From a virus, in the IMG/VR virus record IMGVR_UViG_3300009873_000015, positions 4,847 through 68,846 of that record: 64,000 nt of DNA. One strand, 5' to 3'. The translations under genes were made by a program, and so were the position numbers. Below the pieces are notes generated by a model that worked only from the letters and a program-made list of their open reading frames with translations, searched no databases and was not told where the DNA came from. Below, piece after piece: positions 1-10,989 of this stretch (within the stretch, counting starts at the first letter, position 1; the number at the start of each line of letters is the position of its first letter).

Positions 1-1535
1 AAACGATTCCACTCATCATCTGTTATACCGTAGTTAAATCCTTGTAACAGGTTCTCTCTGAATGATTTATCTCTTTCTGCACGAGAAACCATGTTATTAT
101 AAAGACGAAGGTTATTACTTGTATCCTTTGTATTTAGGTCATTCACCTGATTTAACATATTCTGATAAATCTTTTCATCTGGGTCCGGACTATCATATAC
201 GTTTGGTGTTTCAGGTAGGAGATTTGGGTTAATTGTGATTTCTCCTGTGAGAGGATTACGGTAGACGTCTGAGCCAGTGCCCGTTCCACTTTTTCCGGAA
301 CCTCCATACATAATATCATACATCTTCATTTCTCTGTCAAAGTCCTGCTTCATCTCTTCGAGGGACACGTCAAATGTGAAGTCCATTTGTCTCAGGTATT
401 TCTCCTGAGAGAACCTAATGGCATTCATCTGAACTGGGTCAGCCTTGTAGACGTCTCTCCTTTCTTCAAAGCTTGAGGCCAAAGCCTTCTTATACAGCTT
501 CTTATATGAGTACACACTACCTGCATAGCTTTCAAAGTTATTCTGTAGGTCTGTGTAATCTCCAGCATTCAACTTTTCAACACTACGGTTTGTTCTATCC
601 AGTTCCTGAGAAGTAGTTTTAATCTGTTCATCTATTGCTGCTGCAATTTTTGCCTTTTCATCTGAACTCAAATCTTTATGAGTAGCAAGTGCTTCTTTTG
701 AACCAGCAAGCCTTTGGAGTTCAGAAGATAGATTTCCAGTAACACCAGAAAGATAAGTAGCAGTATCAGATGCGAGTACGGGAAGGTTATTTCTGTAAGA
801 AACAGCACCTTCTATCTGAAGCTGGCGAGCAGCATTTGTTGATAAGCCTGCTTCTAAACAACCTCTTACCTGAGCTGCAGATAGTCCTTTAGAGTAGGAC
901 TCTTTCATGTATCCTGTTATGGCATTGTTTTTTCCATAGTTTGGAGACTGAGCTTCAATAGAAGAAGGTTTACAATCTTTTAGTGCTTTTGAAAAATCAT
1001 CAGTATAATCATAGTAAGGAGTATATTCCTTACGATTTTCATAAAAAGACTTTCCTGCCATACGGTCTTTTGAGTTTAGAAACTCATTGTACCCCTGCAT
1101 AGCATATTGAAAGTTAATATCTGAGTATCCCTTACCATTATCCTTTGACCTATACATTAAAGCATCATTACGTACTTTTTCGTAGTGACGAGTAGTAAGG
1201 TCATCAAACATGATACCTTCATCCTGAAATAATGGTTTAAAGATAGCAAAACCCTGTCTTTGTACTGAAGGGTCAGCAAGGTCCATAGAAGATAGTTTGG
1301 TAAGCTGCTTTTCAGCATCTTCCATGTATTTCTTACGGATTTCCTTGTTTGGTTCTAAGCTTAATTTCAGGTTTAGAGCATTGTCATAAACAGCCTTTAC
1401 ACGGGCTGCACCAGCATCCCAGAATGCATTTTGGGCAGAAATTGCCTTAAAAATATCATTAATGGGCAACTCATAGGGCCTGAAATTGCTTACCGCTGCG
1501 TAATCATTTGGTGTATATGGTGATGTTGCTGCCAT
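1..1535 (-). CDS. Phage structural protein, 5' part only (ATG at 1535-1533; ORF runs off the window start)
   Basis: Hand translation from 1535 leftward reads MAATSPYTPNDYAAVSNFRPYELPINDIFKAI... with no stop before the window edge. It is absent from the ORF track only because it is truncated. Confidence 0.5.
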   Translation of the reverse strand, partial: MAATSPYTPNDYAAVSNFRPYELPINDIFKAISAQNAFWDAGAARVKAVYDNALNLKLSLEPNKEIRKKYMEDAEKQLTKLSSMDLADPSVQRQGFAIFKPLFQDEGIMFDDLTTRHYEKVRNDALMYRSKDNGKGYSDINFQYAMQGYNEFLNSKDRMAGKSFYENRKEYTPYYDYTDDFSKALKDCKPSSIEAQSPNYGKNNAITGYMKESYSKGLSAAQVRGCLEAGLSTNAARQLQIEGAVSYRNNLPVLASDTATYLSGVTGNLSSELQRLAGSKEALATHKDLSSDEKAKIAAAIDEQIKTTSQELDRTNRSVEKLNAGDYTDLQNNFESYAGSVYSYKKLYKKALASSFEERRDVYKADPVQMNAIRFSQEKYLRQMDFTFDVSLEEMKQDFDREMKMYDIMYGGSGKSGTGTGSDVYRNPLTGEITINPNLLPETPNVYDSPDPDEKIYQNMLNQVNDLNTKDTSNNLRLYNNMVSRAERDKSFRENLLQGFNYGITDDEWNR

Positions 1536-1587
1536 TCGGGTTGCAAATTTACGTTATAATTGTATGATTTCCAATTAATTTTTGAGA

Positions 1588-3780
1588 TTAATATGGATTC
1601 TTCTTGGTTTTATTTTTACCCCCTTTCTTGAAAACAGGAGGAGTTTGTTGAGCACTACCAAAAGCCTTGATTCCTTCAAGTTTTACAAGTAGTTTGTTTC
1701 TCTCAATTGGGTCAGAAATCTGGTTAATACTCTGAAGCATCTCATTGTAACGCTCATTGATTGCATTACCCTGTACATCCATGATGGATTTATTTGTACG
1801 GGTGAAATTACCAGTTCTCCAATCAAATCCATATGCTGGATTGTTCTGTGTCAAGAGATTGTAGGATAACTTCTGATTTGTTTCTACGTCTCTTAGTAGA
1901 TTATTCATGTAGTTATTCCACGTAAAACTACGCATATTGTCAAAGTTCTTACGTCCTTCTATAGCTTCACGGTAATATTGTTGGTCAAAACCAGCATTTA
2001 CCAATGACTCATTATTCTTAACTTGATTGTTGTACTGACGAGTCTGGTTAAGAATTTGAGCATTCTGATTATCATACTGACTACGGACACCGGGTACGGA
2101 ATTCATTACCTGTCCGGCAATAGAAGCAGCCTGAGCATTACGAAGAATTGGGTTCAGAGTTCTCAGAGAGCTAATCTGTTGATTACCAGTAGCTTGAATA
2201 TCACCTACTGCCTGTTCTGGGTTTACCAGAGCTGGGTCAACATATGTAGCATTGTAACGAGAACGGTATGGCATATAACGCTTCACATTAGTATATTGAG
2301 CAAGCTGATTAAGCTGACTTAGTTTCTGCCACGGTGTAAATCTCCAGTCTGCCTGTTTACTACCCTGAGGAGTTACTTCAATATTTGAAACAACAGGGTC
2401 ATTTACTTTATTTTCTTCAAATTCTTTATTTAGTTCATCAGGTATTCTAAAATGAGGTCCGGTTTTATCATTATACCATCCCATTTGAGGCTTAACTACA
2501 TCAGGTTTTTTTTGTTGAAGTATTTCGTTTACAGCGTTTGCCCAACGGATACCAATCTTCTGGTCGAACATACCTGCAGTAGGGCCCTGATTGTATTTAT
2601 TGTGCCACTTATCAATAACAGCCTTGTTCTCAGGAGAGCTATTGTAAAGCCATTTCTGGAAAGCAAGGTTATCCTTTGGACCAGTATAACCAAGCTGTTT
2701 AGCCACGGCATCCCAATCCTTAAGATTGTCAAATTTATCGGCAGCATTAGTAACACCATACCTGTCTTGGAAGATAGGAAGTTTATCACCCTGCCATAAA
2801 CCCCACGGAATTGGATTCTTATATTGGTTAACGACAGCAGTCTGCTGATTCTGTGGAGGAGGTGTAATAGCATTAGGGTCAGTGTTTTGTGTGTACTTAC
2901 TCTTGTTGTACCACTTACCTAACTGTTCAATGTAAACCATATTTGGGTTATTGTTACGACCTCTACGATTTGAACCTTCATTTACCGGATATTTCACACC
3001 ATCCACCCAGTAACCACTACCTGTTGGGTCGTAACCTGTATATTTGGACATGTCAAACTGTGGAGTTTGCTGGGATTTAGCCTGTGCAGCTCTTAGAGCC
3101 CAAGGATTAAAACCTCCCATTTGCATGTAAGGATTATTAGTTGTACCTCCTGCTTTCATATATTGTTTGTTCTCCATGATTGCATCTTTTACTGAAGGGT
3201 CATAGACTGGAGCTGTTCCCATTGAAAATGCAGGTAGGCCCTGTGGGAATCCCTTCTTTTGCTCCTGAACATAGGCTATATTTCCTAAGTTCAAAATATA
3301 TTTTTCTAACATCATGGCTGCACTCTTCTTGGCTAAGTCATCCTTATAAGGGTCATCCAGAACGGAAACCAATGTGTTATAGTGTTTTACGTCCACATTT
3401 CTCTTTAGAACCTCTGCGGGAGTATTCTTTAAAGGGTCTTTTGATTTATCACCCTCTTTAAGTTCCATCAACTCATGGTCTGTTTTAGTAAATGCAAGAC
3501 CTTTCCAGTCAGAGTAAATGAAACTGTCTGGCTTGAGTAGTACGTCCATACCACCTTTTGAGTGTCTTTTACCTTGTGCTTTAAATAAAGCGGATAGGTC
3601 AGGTTGGAGCACAATTTCTCCTCCCTCAATCTCTACGTTTGAGCGGTAAGGATTTTCCTTGATTGTTGAATTAATCTTAGGGTCCTCAGCAATTGAAGGC
3701 TGTTGTTCCCTTATATTATAAGTCCTGTCATCATGGAAAAGGTACTCGTCTTTGTAACTTCTGTTGTCTGCTACTCCCAT
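1588..3780 (-). CDS. Phage structural protein (730 aa), function unknown
   Basis: Long ORF colinear with the structural gene block. Composition is N/Q/Y/P/G-rich and no catalytic motif was recognised. Confidence 0.55.
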   Translation of the reverse strand: MGVADNRSYKDEYLFHDDRTYNIREQQPSIAEDPKINSTIKENPYRSNVEIEGGEIVLQPDLSALFKAQGKRHSKGGMDVLLKPDSFIYSDWKGLAFTKTDHELMELKEGDKSKDPLKNTPAEVLKRNVDVKHYNTLVSVLDDPYKDDLAKKSAAMMLEKYILNLGNIAYVQEQKKGFPQGLPAFSMGTAPVYDPSVKDAIMENKQYMKAGGTTNNPYMQMGGFNPWALRAAQAKSQQTPQFDMSKYTGYDPTGSGYWVDGVKYPVNEGSNRRGRNNNPNMVYIEQLGKWYNKSKYTQNTDPNAITPPPQNQQTAVVNQYKNPIPWGLWQGDKLPIFQDRYGVTNAADKFDNLKDWDAVAKQLGYTGPKDNLAFQKWLYNSSPENKAVIDKWHNKYNQGPTAGMFDQKIGIRWANAVNEILQQKKPDVVKPQMGWYNDKTGPHFRIPDELNKEFEENKVNDPVVSNIEVTPQGSKQADWRFTPWQKLSQLNQLAQYTNVKRYMPYRSRYNATYVDPALVNPEQAVGDIQATGNQQISSLRTLNPILRNAQAASIAGQVMNSVPGVRSQYDNQNAQILNQTRQYNNQVKNNESLVNAGFDQQYYREAIEGRKNFDNMRSFTWNNYMNNLLRDVETNQKLSYNLLTQNNPAYGFDWRTGNFTRTNKSIMDVQGNAINERYNEMLQSINQISDPIERNKLLVKLEGIKAFGSAQQTPPVFKKGGKNKTKKNPY

Positions 3781-3785
3781 AGTTT

Positions 3786-4634
3786 TTATTTTGGTTCTAT
3801 ATGATAGTGATTATCATGATAAATCACATCATAGTTTTTTCTATAATTTGCTTGTTGCTCGTTTGATAATTTGTGCCAATCCTGTGGTTTCAGGTCAATG
3901 GCATTACCAGTAAGGTGCCATGAATTCTTTGCGGCTGGTTTACCTGCTGCAATCAGGGCATCTTGCTGAGCTCTTGAGCGGTAAATTGAATTTACAACCG
4001 GAACGTATCCAAGGTCTGATGCAAGTTGTCCATATATCTGTCTACCCCAGTTTCCAACATTTTGATTACCAAACTGTCCAGAAGAAATAATCTCACCTGT
4101 ATATGGATTTTGATTCATTGGAGTTTGATTATTTATTGGAATTTGATTCATCGGAATCTGTGACTGAGAACGACGGGAAGAATAAGGATTTCCTCTTTGT
4201 GGCATTTCTGTCATTCCATACTGCATTGCCATAAAGGCATCCTGTTCATCCTGAAATTGACGTCTTTGTGCATTCAGTTCATCCATTTGACTCTGAATGT
4301 CAATCTCTTCTGTAGTAGGAGCTGTTGGTACAGCCTGTTTTACTTCTTCTGATTCATCATCATCAAAAAGGAAATCAAATAACTGTTTAGCAGACATACC
4401 TCCTCTCTGATAAGGATTTCCTTTAGGAATTTCACGTACCATACTTCCTGCAAACTTATAGGGTTTCTTTCTACCTGCTTTCATGTGTTTAACATTACCC
4501 AAGTTATCAATACCCATAAGGTCAAAAGGAGTATTCTCCATAGTAATGAGACCTTCTGGAGTCTGAATATCCAGATAGGGAGCATTGTTAAAAGGAGAAC
4601 CAGAAGCATATCCGAGAATTGATTTGTAATCCAT
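3786..4634 (-). CDS. Virion-associated protein with C-terminal peptidase M15 (VanY / L-Ala-D-Glu peptidase-like) domain
   Basis: The C-terminus reads ...YRSRAQQDALIAAGKPAAKNSWHLTGNAIDL...YHDNHYH. This matches the SxHxxGxAxD plus His pattern of zinc D,D-/L,D-peptidases. Confidence 0.5.
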   Translation of the reverse strand: MDYKSILGYASGSPFNNAPYLDIQTPEGLITMENTPFDLMGIDNLGNVKHMKAGRKKPYKFAGSMVREIPKGNPYQRGGMSAKQLFDFLFDDDESEEVKQAVPTAPTTEEIDIQSQMDELNAQRRQFQDEQDAFMAMQYGMTEMPQRGNPYSSRRSQSQIPMNQIPINNQTPMNQNPYTGEIISSGQFGNQNVGNWGRQIYGQLASDLGYVPVVNSIYRSRAQQDALIAAGKPAAKNSWHLTGNAIDLKPQDWHKLSNEQQANYRKNYDVIYHDNHYHIEPK

Positions 4635-6142
4635 TATTTTCCTCTGTAGTTTGTATGCCCTTTAGACATAGCACCAAAGAAACGTCTTTGTTTATCAGTT
4701 AGTGGATGTCCCTGAGCAGTTCCGTCATGTAATATTTCCCTTGCTTTATTTGGAGTAAGACCACCTTTTTTATAGGTCATTCCTCCATCTTCTTTGTTCC
4801 ACTTTCTTGCATTACGGGCAAAGTTAGCTCTTTTTCTTGTTGTAGGGTTTGAAGAATTTAACCCTCTCTGAATACACTCATCTGTTACTTTTCCACTACA
4901 ATAGTCAGTGAATTTACCTTTGTTTTCAGGTTTTATATGTATTCCCCCCTTCTTGTAGTTTCTGTATTTACCAGAGCCCAATCTTCCGAATTTCAAAAGT
5001 TCAGGTAGGAGTTTGCGTACAATCATCATACGGTCAATCTCATAACCACCTTTCTTCATCATACCTTTATCGTCTAACATTCCATCTCCCATATCCATTG
5101 CTGCAGGATTTGAGAACTTCTGGTATTCTTTCATTATAGTCTTCAAATTACCACCCTGTTGCATGTACAAATTATAAGGATTTGGTTGGAAGTCATCTAC
5201 TGGCATTGGATTCATTTGACCAAGCGCAGTTTGCTGCATCATATCATATTGATTCTGACGACCTCTTTCGATTGCTCCAGAGAGCCATCCAAGACCAGTA
5301 CGTGCAGCCTGCATACCTAATCCAATATCCTGCATAACCTGATATGGATTCTTTTTCTTTTTCTTGTCAGGTGGAGTGTTTACCCAGTTATACCAATCCA
5401 TAGCGGAACCTTCAAAGTCTTTTGGGCCTTCTATGATTCCTTTAGCAATACCTTCATGAACTCTATCCTTGTACTGTGGACCAGTTAAGGAGGTTTTATC
5501 GAGCAAAGGGGCATTAATACCCGGAATCACATCTTTTTCAGTAAGTATTTTTGGCATGAATGGTGAAATATCTATTCCAGATACAGCTTTCCCAGTATTA
5601 CTTTGTTCCCTTATCCATTTATCCATAGCCTGTTGCCAACTTTCGTAATCTGGAAAATCTTGTTCATTAGGCATAGTACCTCCGGATTGCATAACAATTC
5701 TACCCCCTTTCATCTTCATGGTTACATCAGAGTTATTTCTGGAGGCTAGTAATACACTTCCTTCTTGTTTGGTGTGTTTTGGACCATATCGAGAAAGGAA
5801 CCATTCGGGGTCAAGGTCCACTAAATTTCCTGTATAAGGGTCATTATACCAATATAACCCTTGTTCATTTTTAACATCACTTGGAAGTACTTCCCTTGGT
5901 AAAAACTTAGCTTTTGATGTACTAGGAGGTGATTTATAAGGTGTCCCATTTGGATTAACAAAAGGAACCATTGGGTCGCCAATATTTCTAGCGACATAAA
6001 CTTCATCTGAAGATAGATGATTATTTTCTCTAGCCAATCTTTGAGCCAATAGATTTGCGGCATCAATTTGAGCTTGTGTGGTATATTTTCCTCCTATTTG
6101 CATCTTACCACCACATTTCTTGCAGTTTTTAGGTCTATACAT
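4634..6142 (-). CDS. Structural or internal protein (502 aa) with N-terminal CxxC...C zinc-ribbon-like motif
   Basis: The N-terminus reads MYRPKNCKKCGGKMQIGG. There is a KKKKKNPY linker. The ORF is tightly packed against its neighbours. Confidence 0.5.
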   Translation of the reverse strand: MYRPKNCKKCGGKMQIGGKYTTQAQIDAANLLAQRLARENNHLSSDEVYVARNIGDPMVPFVNPNGTPYKSPPSTSKAKFLPREVLPSDVKNEQGLYWYNDPYTGNLVDLDPEWFLSRYGPKHTKQEGSVLLASRNNSDVTMKMKGGRIVMQSGGTMPNEQDFPDYESWQQAMDKWIREQSNTGKAVSGIDISPFMPKILTEKDVIPGINAPLLDKTSLTGPQYKDRVHEGIAKGIIEGPKDFEGSAMDWYNWVNTPPDKKKKKNPYQVMQDIGLGMQAARTGLGWLSGAIERGRQNQYDMMQQTALGQMNPMPVDDFQPNPYNLYMQQGGNLKTIMKEYQKFSNPAAMDMGDGMLDDKGMMKKGGYEIDRMMIVRKLLPELLKFGRLGSGKYRNYKKGGIHIKPENKGKFTDYCSGKVTDECIQRGLNSSNPTTRKRANFARNARKWNKEDGGMTYKKGGLTPNKAREILHDGTAQGHPLTDKQRRFFGAMSKGHTNYRGK

Positions 6143-6143
6143 A

Positions 6144-9100
6144 TTATCTGGTTGACAACACTCTCTTGATGTTGTAAAGTTTTGTTAAGAATTTATTCTG
6201 TCCTGATACAGATTTCACCAGACGGAACTTTGTCCAGTAATGTCTGAACTTTTTACGTTGTTCTTCAGGTTTGTCAATATCAATAGCCAGTGGGTTTACC
6301 ACTTGCTTATATCCTGATTCATCTGTTGGGAAGAGATGTACTTCCTGATTAGTAAACTCACCACGGTCCTTTACTGCATCCCAGAATTGGTTTACTCTGT
6401 ATTTATTTTCTTCTTTTGAGAACAGAACATTCCATGTCACGGCGGTTGATGTATCTTTTTGAGGATACAGTAGGTTTCTTTCTGGGTCTGCACTCATATA
6501 GTTCAATTTCAGTAAAGGAGAAATCTGCTCTGTATTATGTACAATAAGACGGTCAAAGTTCTCGTGATGCATGTGGAATCTATCACGGCCAAAATTCTTG
6601 TAGTGATATACCTCCAGCATATATTCAAGAGAACGAGCTATTTCAATATTCTGTCCTGAAGTTGAAACAAATTCAATCTCAAATGGATAGTCTGTACCAT
6701 AGAAGTTGCAGAAGCTATCAAATCTTTCATTATGCTTCCATACACCTGAGCCTTTTACAGTCAGGAAGTGATTTTCACGCTGTTGAACCCAATCTGGATG
6801 CCAGTCGTGCCATGAGATAAATGCTTTTTCCAAGGGTGAGTAAGATAGTGTCCATGAAATGTCATTGAAGAAACGTGAGTCACGTAGGGAGATTATATCT
6901 CCTCTGTAACGGAAAACTCCATTTTCTACATCATAGGTAATCTCTGACGCAAACTCTCTTTTTGGAGAGAAGTCACGTTTTGTCATGTACACTGTTTCGT
7001 AGAAGCTATCAAATACTGATAAGTAACCAACCCCAGACAAAGGATTCTCTGTACGAGGATATTCAGGGAAATACTTGTATAACATGATAGGCATGTAATT
7101 CTTGCACCAATAACTCATGCCCTGACGTGTTACATCATCCAGAGATTCTGTAAAATTAAGAATTCTACCCTGTCTCTCAGATGGGTAATAACGCCCTAAA
7201 TGAGTATTACTGAACGCATAACGTGAAGTACATGAGCCATAGTTATTATCTGTCGGCATGACTTCACGAGGGTCTTGTGCGAATAAACCACCATCTCCTA
7301 CCGTAATCTTACGACCTGATTGTTCTAATTCTAAGAAGTCTCTACCCATTGAAACATACGGAGAACTCTGAGAGAACAAGAAAATCAGCCTGTCTTGGTC
7401 AAGTTTATGAATACCTGTAAGGGTACCAAAGTCTGACTCACGGAAAGCAAAATAATTTGCAGGTAGGAAATACTGCCAGTTGTCTACTTCCTGCAAATTG
7501 AATGAAGGAAGAGAGTAGATTACACTGTTTGGCTGGTCTACTGGTAATGGGTCATCAGGGTCAAAGTCTGGTCTCTGAATTGGTGCATATATTTCTGTTG
7601 CATACAGGTCAGAATAGGCTCTGCTAATATTGAATTCTTCTTCAAACTGAAGTCTATCAGTACGAAATATATCACTTACATTTCTGTTATTCTTTGAGAA
7701 GTAAGGTTGACTATTCGCTTGTTTCTCACGGAAGTCTACGAAATAATCTGCTTCTACAAAAAAGTCAATTCCTGCATTATTTGATAAGTACATGTATGCA
7801 TCATCAATGCGTAGAATATTTTTCTTGTCTCCTTTCTTACAATCCAAATTGTGTTTGGAAGTAGTTGTACGAGAGAATCGTGCAAAATTCACTGTGTTTC
7901 CAGATAGTAGCTCAGAGTAGTCATACTTTGTACTATCAATCCAGAAACGTGGGTATGCAACGTTACGGTACTTTCTGTAATCGTATTCTACACCATCCGG
8001 GTAACGTGCATTAGTGATTGGGTCTGTACCTGCAATGTTCTGTGAAAAGAACTGCATACGCTTCTGGAATTGGAAGCGGGTGATAATACAGTCCCCACCA
8101 TACAGGATTGGAGATTCTGTTACTGCATCAGAGCCTGTAAATTGTAATACGCAAGAGTGCATTGATACAGCAGGACTTGAACCCAAAGCCCCGTATTGGT
8201 TTGGATTTATTACTTTTGAAGTTACGTAAAATGCTGAACCAGTTGAACTTGTCCTCTGGTTAATGTCGTCACATACACCGAACCCTTTTGCTGTTTGTCT
8301 ACTGTTATCTTTCACAGTAGGCTTTGCTATAGTTTTGTTCAGCTCCAGATATACAGACCTTTCCCTGAACAAGTTGTTAAATATTTTTTCACCTATACTT
8401 ACTACTGTAGAAGGTAAATAAGTTGGTGTTGTTACCACACGTCTTCTTTTGTTACCATCCTGTACACATACAGAGCGATTGAAGTTCGCAATAGCATTAT
8501 ATTGATATACATAATCAGTGTAACCTGTGAAATTTCTAATAATGTCCATTGTTTCTTCAGCAACCTTAATTCCTGCAAATATAGAATAGGGAATCTTTAT
8601 GGATAAGGATGCAAGAAGTAGTAAAATATTTGATATTATAGTAATTGCTGATAAATCTGCTGCTGCAATCTTTGTTTGGATAAGTTTCACTACATTAAGA
8701 CCTATTAAGTCTGCAACACTTTCTATCTTTTGTTGTTCACCTGCTCTGTTTATTTTTATAACACCTGCATCTACACCTGTTGTTTTTATCTGAAATTCAG
8801 ATTCTGACGTAAAATTATTATGTCCTGCTATAGTTAATGCTGTTTCAATAAAACCAATAGCAGCAGCTATCCAGAAGGAGAACTGGTTCATTAGCTTCTG
8901 ACGAGGATGGTTGTGTACCAATTCAAACTGACCAGATACGTCTGCAATTTCTTCACATTCAATTTTTACCTCAGGACCAAGTGTATAGCGTGGTTCGAAT
9001 AAGGTATGAGGAGAGTAGAAGTTGAATTTGTCCTGATGAAAATCTGTCAAAGGAGTGAAGTTAGTCTCCTTGTTATTTTTGAACGCAGTTTGTGTTGAGG

Positions 9101-10772
9101 ATAGAAACTGGTCAGGGGACAGGTCATTTACTGGGTAGTTTGAGTACATTACAGTCTGATTAAAGGTGCTGTCTACATATGAGCGCACATTTGTCATCAG
9201 ACCTCTGGCCACGACAGTTCCATTACCACCCTTCCTATCTGAACGGGTGATTTTGTAACCAATGATGTCTGGATTATCAAACTTTGGAATATTTTTGAAT
9301 CTTACACCTATTATGTTTACGTACTTTATTCCATCAATAGTACTGTAACGAGGCATTTTACACTCATCTGGTGTTTTGTGATACCTTATACGTGTTCCTG
9401 CATCATCTCCAAACTTTTTTGGATTGTTCGGGTAGGTGTCTACTGATAGGAAAACTCCCGGTTTTGATGTACCATATTCACGACGTGAGCACACAAATTC
9501 TCCATTTAAAGGAACTACATCCCCTGCTGTGTTCTCAGCTTGCCAACGTGGAATTTTTGCCTTTTCATCACAGTCCTTAAACTGAGTATCTAACTCATAA
9601 ACATCTGGTCCTGATACAATTGCATTATCTCTTGGAGTTGGACGTGGTCCCGGTATGTGGTACTTTTCAGTCAGTTCACCAGTGTTATATACACCCTGAA
9701 TGTAGAAGTCATAGTTTTCATCCCTATAAAAGGATACATCTCTTCCATCCACTTCATAGTAGTTTGCAGGAACTTGCTCAATTACAAACTCTGACTCAAT
9801 AGTCATAGCTTTTAATTGGTAGTCTTCTTCCGGACGGGAAACAAGGTCTGCTAAAAGAAGGTAGTTGGCATTTGAACTGATAATACCGGCTTTTTGCCAT
9901 GTTTTCTTTTGCAGTAGTAAGTTTGATAGTTGAATAGCTTCCTGTGTAACATTCTGAAAATCAGTTACAGACACGCTTTTCACTTGTGTTGAATAGATAC
10001 CTACTATCTTAGCCTGTTTTGTTACACCCTTTGTATCAGGGTCAATATATGAACCTACTACCAGTAGTGCAAACTCTTCAAACTCAGTATCTAATCCTGA
10101 AATCTTTACCTCCAGAGAGTTAGCTCCAAGGTCTGAATATAGAGATACCCGGTTTGTCAAAGCATACCAATCAGAGAATACCTGTCCATCAACTACGTAA
10201 GCTACAGCAACAGAATATGAGCCATTAGGCATTGAACCTACCTGACCCTTATCTACCTCAATACACGGATGCTGAATCTTTTTAAACAATAGAATATCAT
10301 CACAATCTGTGACATCCTCTATTGTTTTAAGTTCTATTCTGCGTACGGGATTAAACTTATCAGTAAAAGTAACAATCACACCTTTTTGGAAATCCTTCTT
10401 AGCCACACCAGTGATAGGATGGTCCGGACTGAAATTCAAACAGTCCAGTGTATTCAGTGTTCTGTAAGAACATGTTACATCATTGGCTATACCTATCTCA
10501 GATGCATTCCCACCATCTGAAGAGAATACAAGAATGTCATCTCCGGGAAGAGGAATCATCCCAATTACATTAAATGGTGCATTAAAACAAAGACCATTTG
10601 AAGGTTCATTACCAATAGCTCCAAGGTCACCCTCTTTGCTATTACGCACAGCATTACGAGCATGCGAGTACTGTTCAGGACTTACAAATGATGGATTAAC
10701 GTCAGTTGTAAGACCTGCTTTTGCAGTCATGTTAGTTGAAGCGTCTGATGTATTTTTTAGGTTTTCAGCCAT
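6144..10772 (-). CDS. Giant virion protein (1542 aa), possibly a tail, baseplate or central-fibre component
   Basis: Uninterrupted 4.6-kb ORF inside the structural module. Confidence 0.55.
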   Translation of the reverse strand: MAENLKNTSDASTNMTAKAGLTTDVNPSFVSPEQYSHARNAVRNSKEGDLGAIGNEPSNGLCFNAPFNVIGMIPLPGDDILVFSSDGGNASEIGIANDVTCSYRTLNTLDCLNFSPDHPITGVAKKDFQKGVIVTFTDKFNPVRRIELKTIEDVTDCDDILLFKKIQHPCIEVDKGQVGSMPNGSYSVAVAYVVDGQVFSDWYALTNRVSLYSDLGANSLEVKISGLDTEFEEFALLVVGSYIDPDTKGVTKQAKIVGIYSTQVKSVSVTDFQNVTQEAIQLSNLLLQKKTWQKAGIISSNANYLLLADLVSRPEEDYQLKAMTIESEFVIEQVPANYYEVDGRDVSFYRDENYDFYIQGVYNTGELTEKYHIPGPRPTPRDNAIVSGPDVYELDTQFKDCDEKAKIPRWQAENTAGDVVPLNGEFVCSRREYGTSKPGVFLSVDTYPNNPKKFGDDAGTRIRYHKTPDECKMPRYSTIDGIKYVNIIGVRFKNIPKFDNPDIIGYKITRSDRKGGNGTVVARGLMTNVRSYVDSTFNQTVMYSNYPVNDLSPDQFLSSTQTAFKNNKETNFTPLTDFHQDKFNFYSPHTLFEPRYTLGPEVKIECEEIADVSGQFELVHNHPRQKLMNQFSFWIAAAIGFIETALTIAGHNNFTSESEFQIKTTGVDAGVIKINRAGEQQKIESVADLIGLNVVKLIQTKIAAADLSAITIISNILLLLASLSIKIPYSIFAGIKVAEETMDIIRNFTGYTDYVYQYNAIANFNRSVCVQDGNKRRRVVTTPTYLPSTVVSIGEKIFNNLFRERSVYLELNKTIAKPTVKDNSRQTAKGFGVCDDINQRTSSTGSAFYVTSKVINPNQYGALGSSPAVSMHSCVLQFTGSDAVTESPILYGGDCIITRFQFQKRMQFFSQNIAGTDPITNARYPDGVEYDYRKYRNVAYPRFWIDSTKYDYSELLSGNTVNFARFSRTTTSKHNLDCKKGDKKNILRIDDAYMYLSNNAGIDFFVEADYFVDFREKQANSQPYFSKNNRNVSDIFRTDRLQFEEEFNISRAYSDLYATEIYAPIQRPDFDPDDPLPVDQPNSVIYSLPSFNLQEVDNWQYFLPANYFAFRESDFGTLTGIHKLDQDRLIFLFSQSSPYVSMGRDFLELEQSGRKITVGDGGLFAQDPREVMPTDNNYGSCTSRYAFSNTHLGRYYPSERQGRILNFTESLDDVTRQGMSYWCKNYMPIMLYKYFPEYPRTENPLSGVGYLSVFDSFYETVYMTKRDFSPKREFASEITYDVENGVFRYRGDIISLRDSRFFNDISWTLSYSPLEKAFISWHDWHPDWVQQRENHFLTVKGSGVWKHNERFDSFCNFYGTDYPFEIEFVSTSGQNIEIARSLEYMLEVYHYKNFGRDRFHMHHENFDRLIVHNTEQISPLLKLNYMSADPERNLLYPQKDTSTAVTWNVLFSKEENKYRVNQFWDAVKDRGEFTNQEVHLFPTDESGYKQVVNPLAIDIDKPEEQRKKFRHYWTKFRLVKSVSGQNKFLTKLYNIKRVLSTR

Positions 10773-10989
10773 TTTCTTCTTCTTCTTTATCTATTCCCAT
10801 CATTTTTAATGGGTCTTTTACCTCACTGATTTCAAATTCATTGACAGTAAGGATTTCACCAAGAAAGCTTAGTTCGTAGAGTATTCCAGAAGGTCTTGCT
10901 ACAAGACCTACAAAGAAGTATTCTGATTGGTCTGGGTCATTCTTTATATATAGAATGTCTCCAAACTTATACTTACTCTTAATAGTCAT
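10765..10989 (-). CDS. Small hypothetical protein (74 aa)
   Basis: ORF abuts its neighbours with overlapping stop and start codons. Confidence 0.4.
   Translation of the reverse strand: MTIKSKYKFGDILYIKNDPDQSEYFFVGLVARPSGILYELSFLGEILTVNEFEISEVKDPLKMMGIDKEEEENG

Noticed and set aside
2023-9802. Short plus-strand ORFs embedded in the large minus-strand structural genes (for example 2023-2322, 2452-2799, 8014-8229, 9371-9580)
   Set aside because: These are shadow ORFs antisense to long, well-supported genes. They have low-complexity hydrophobic translations and no independent signals.
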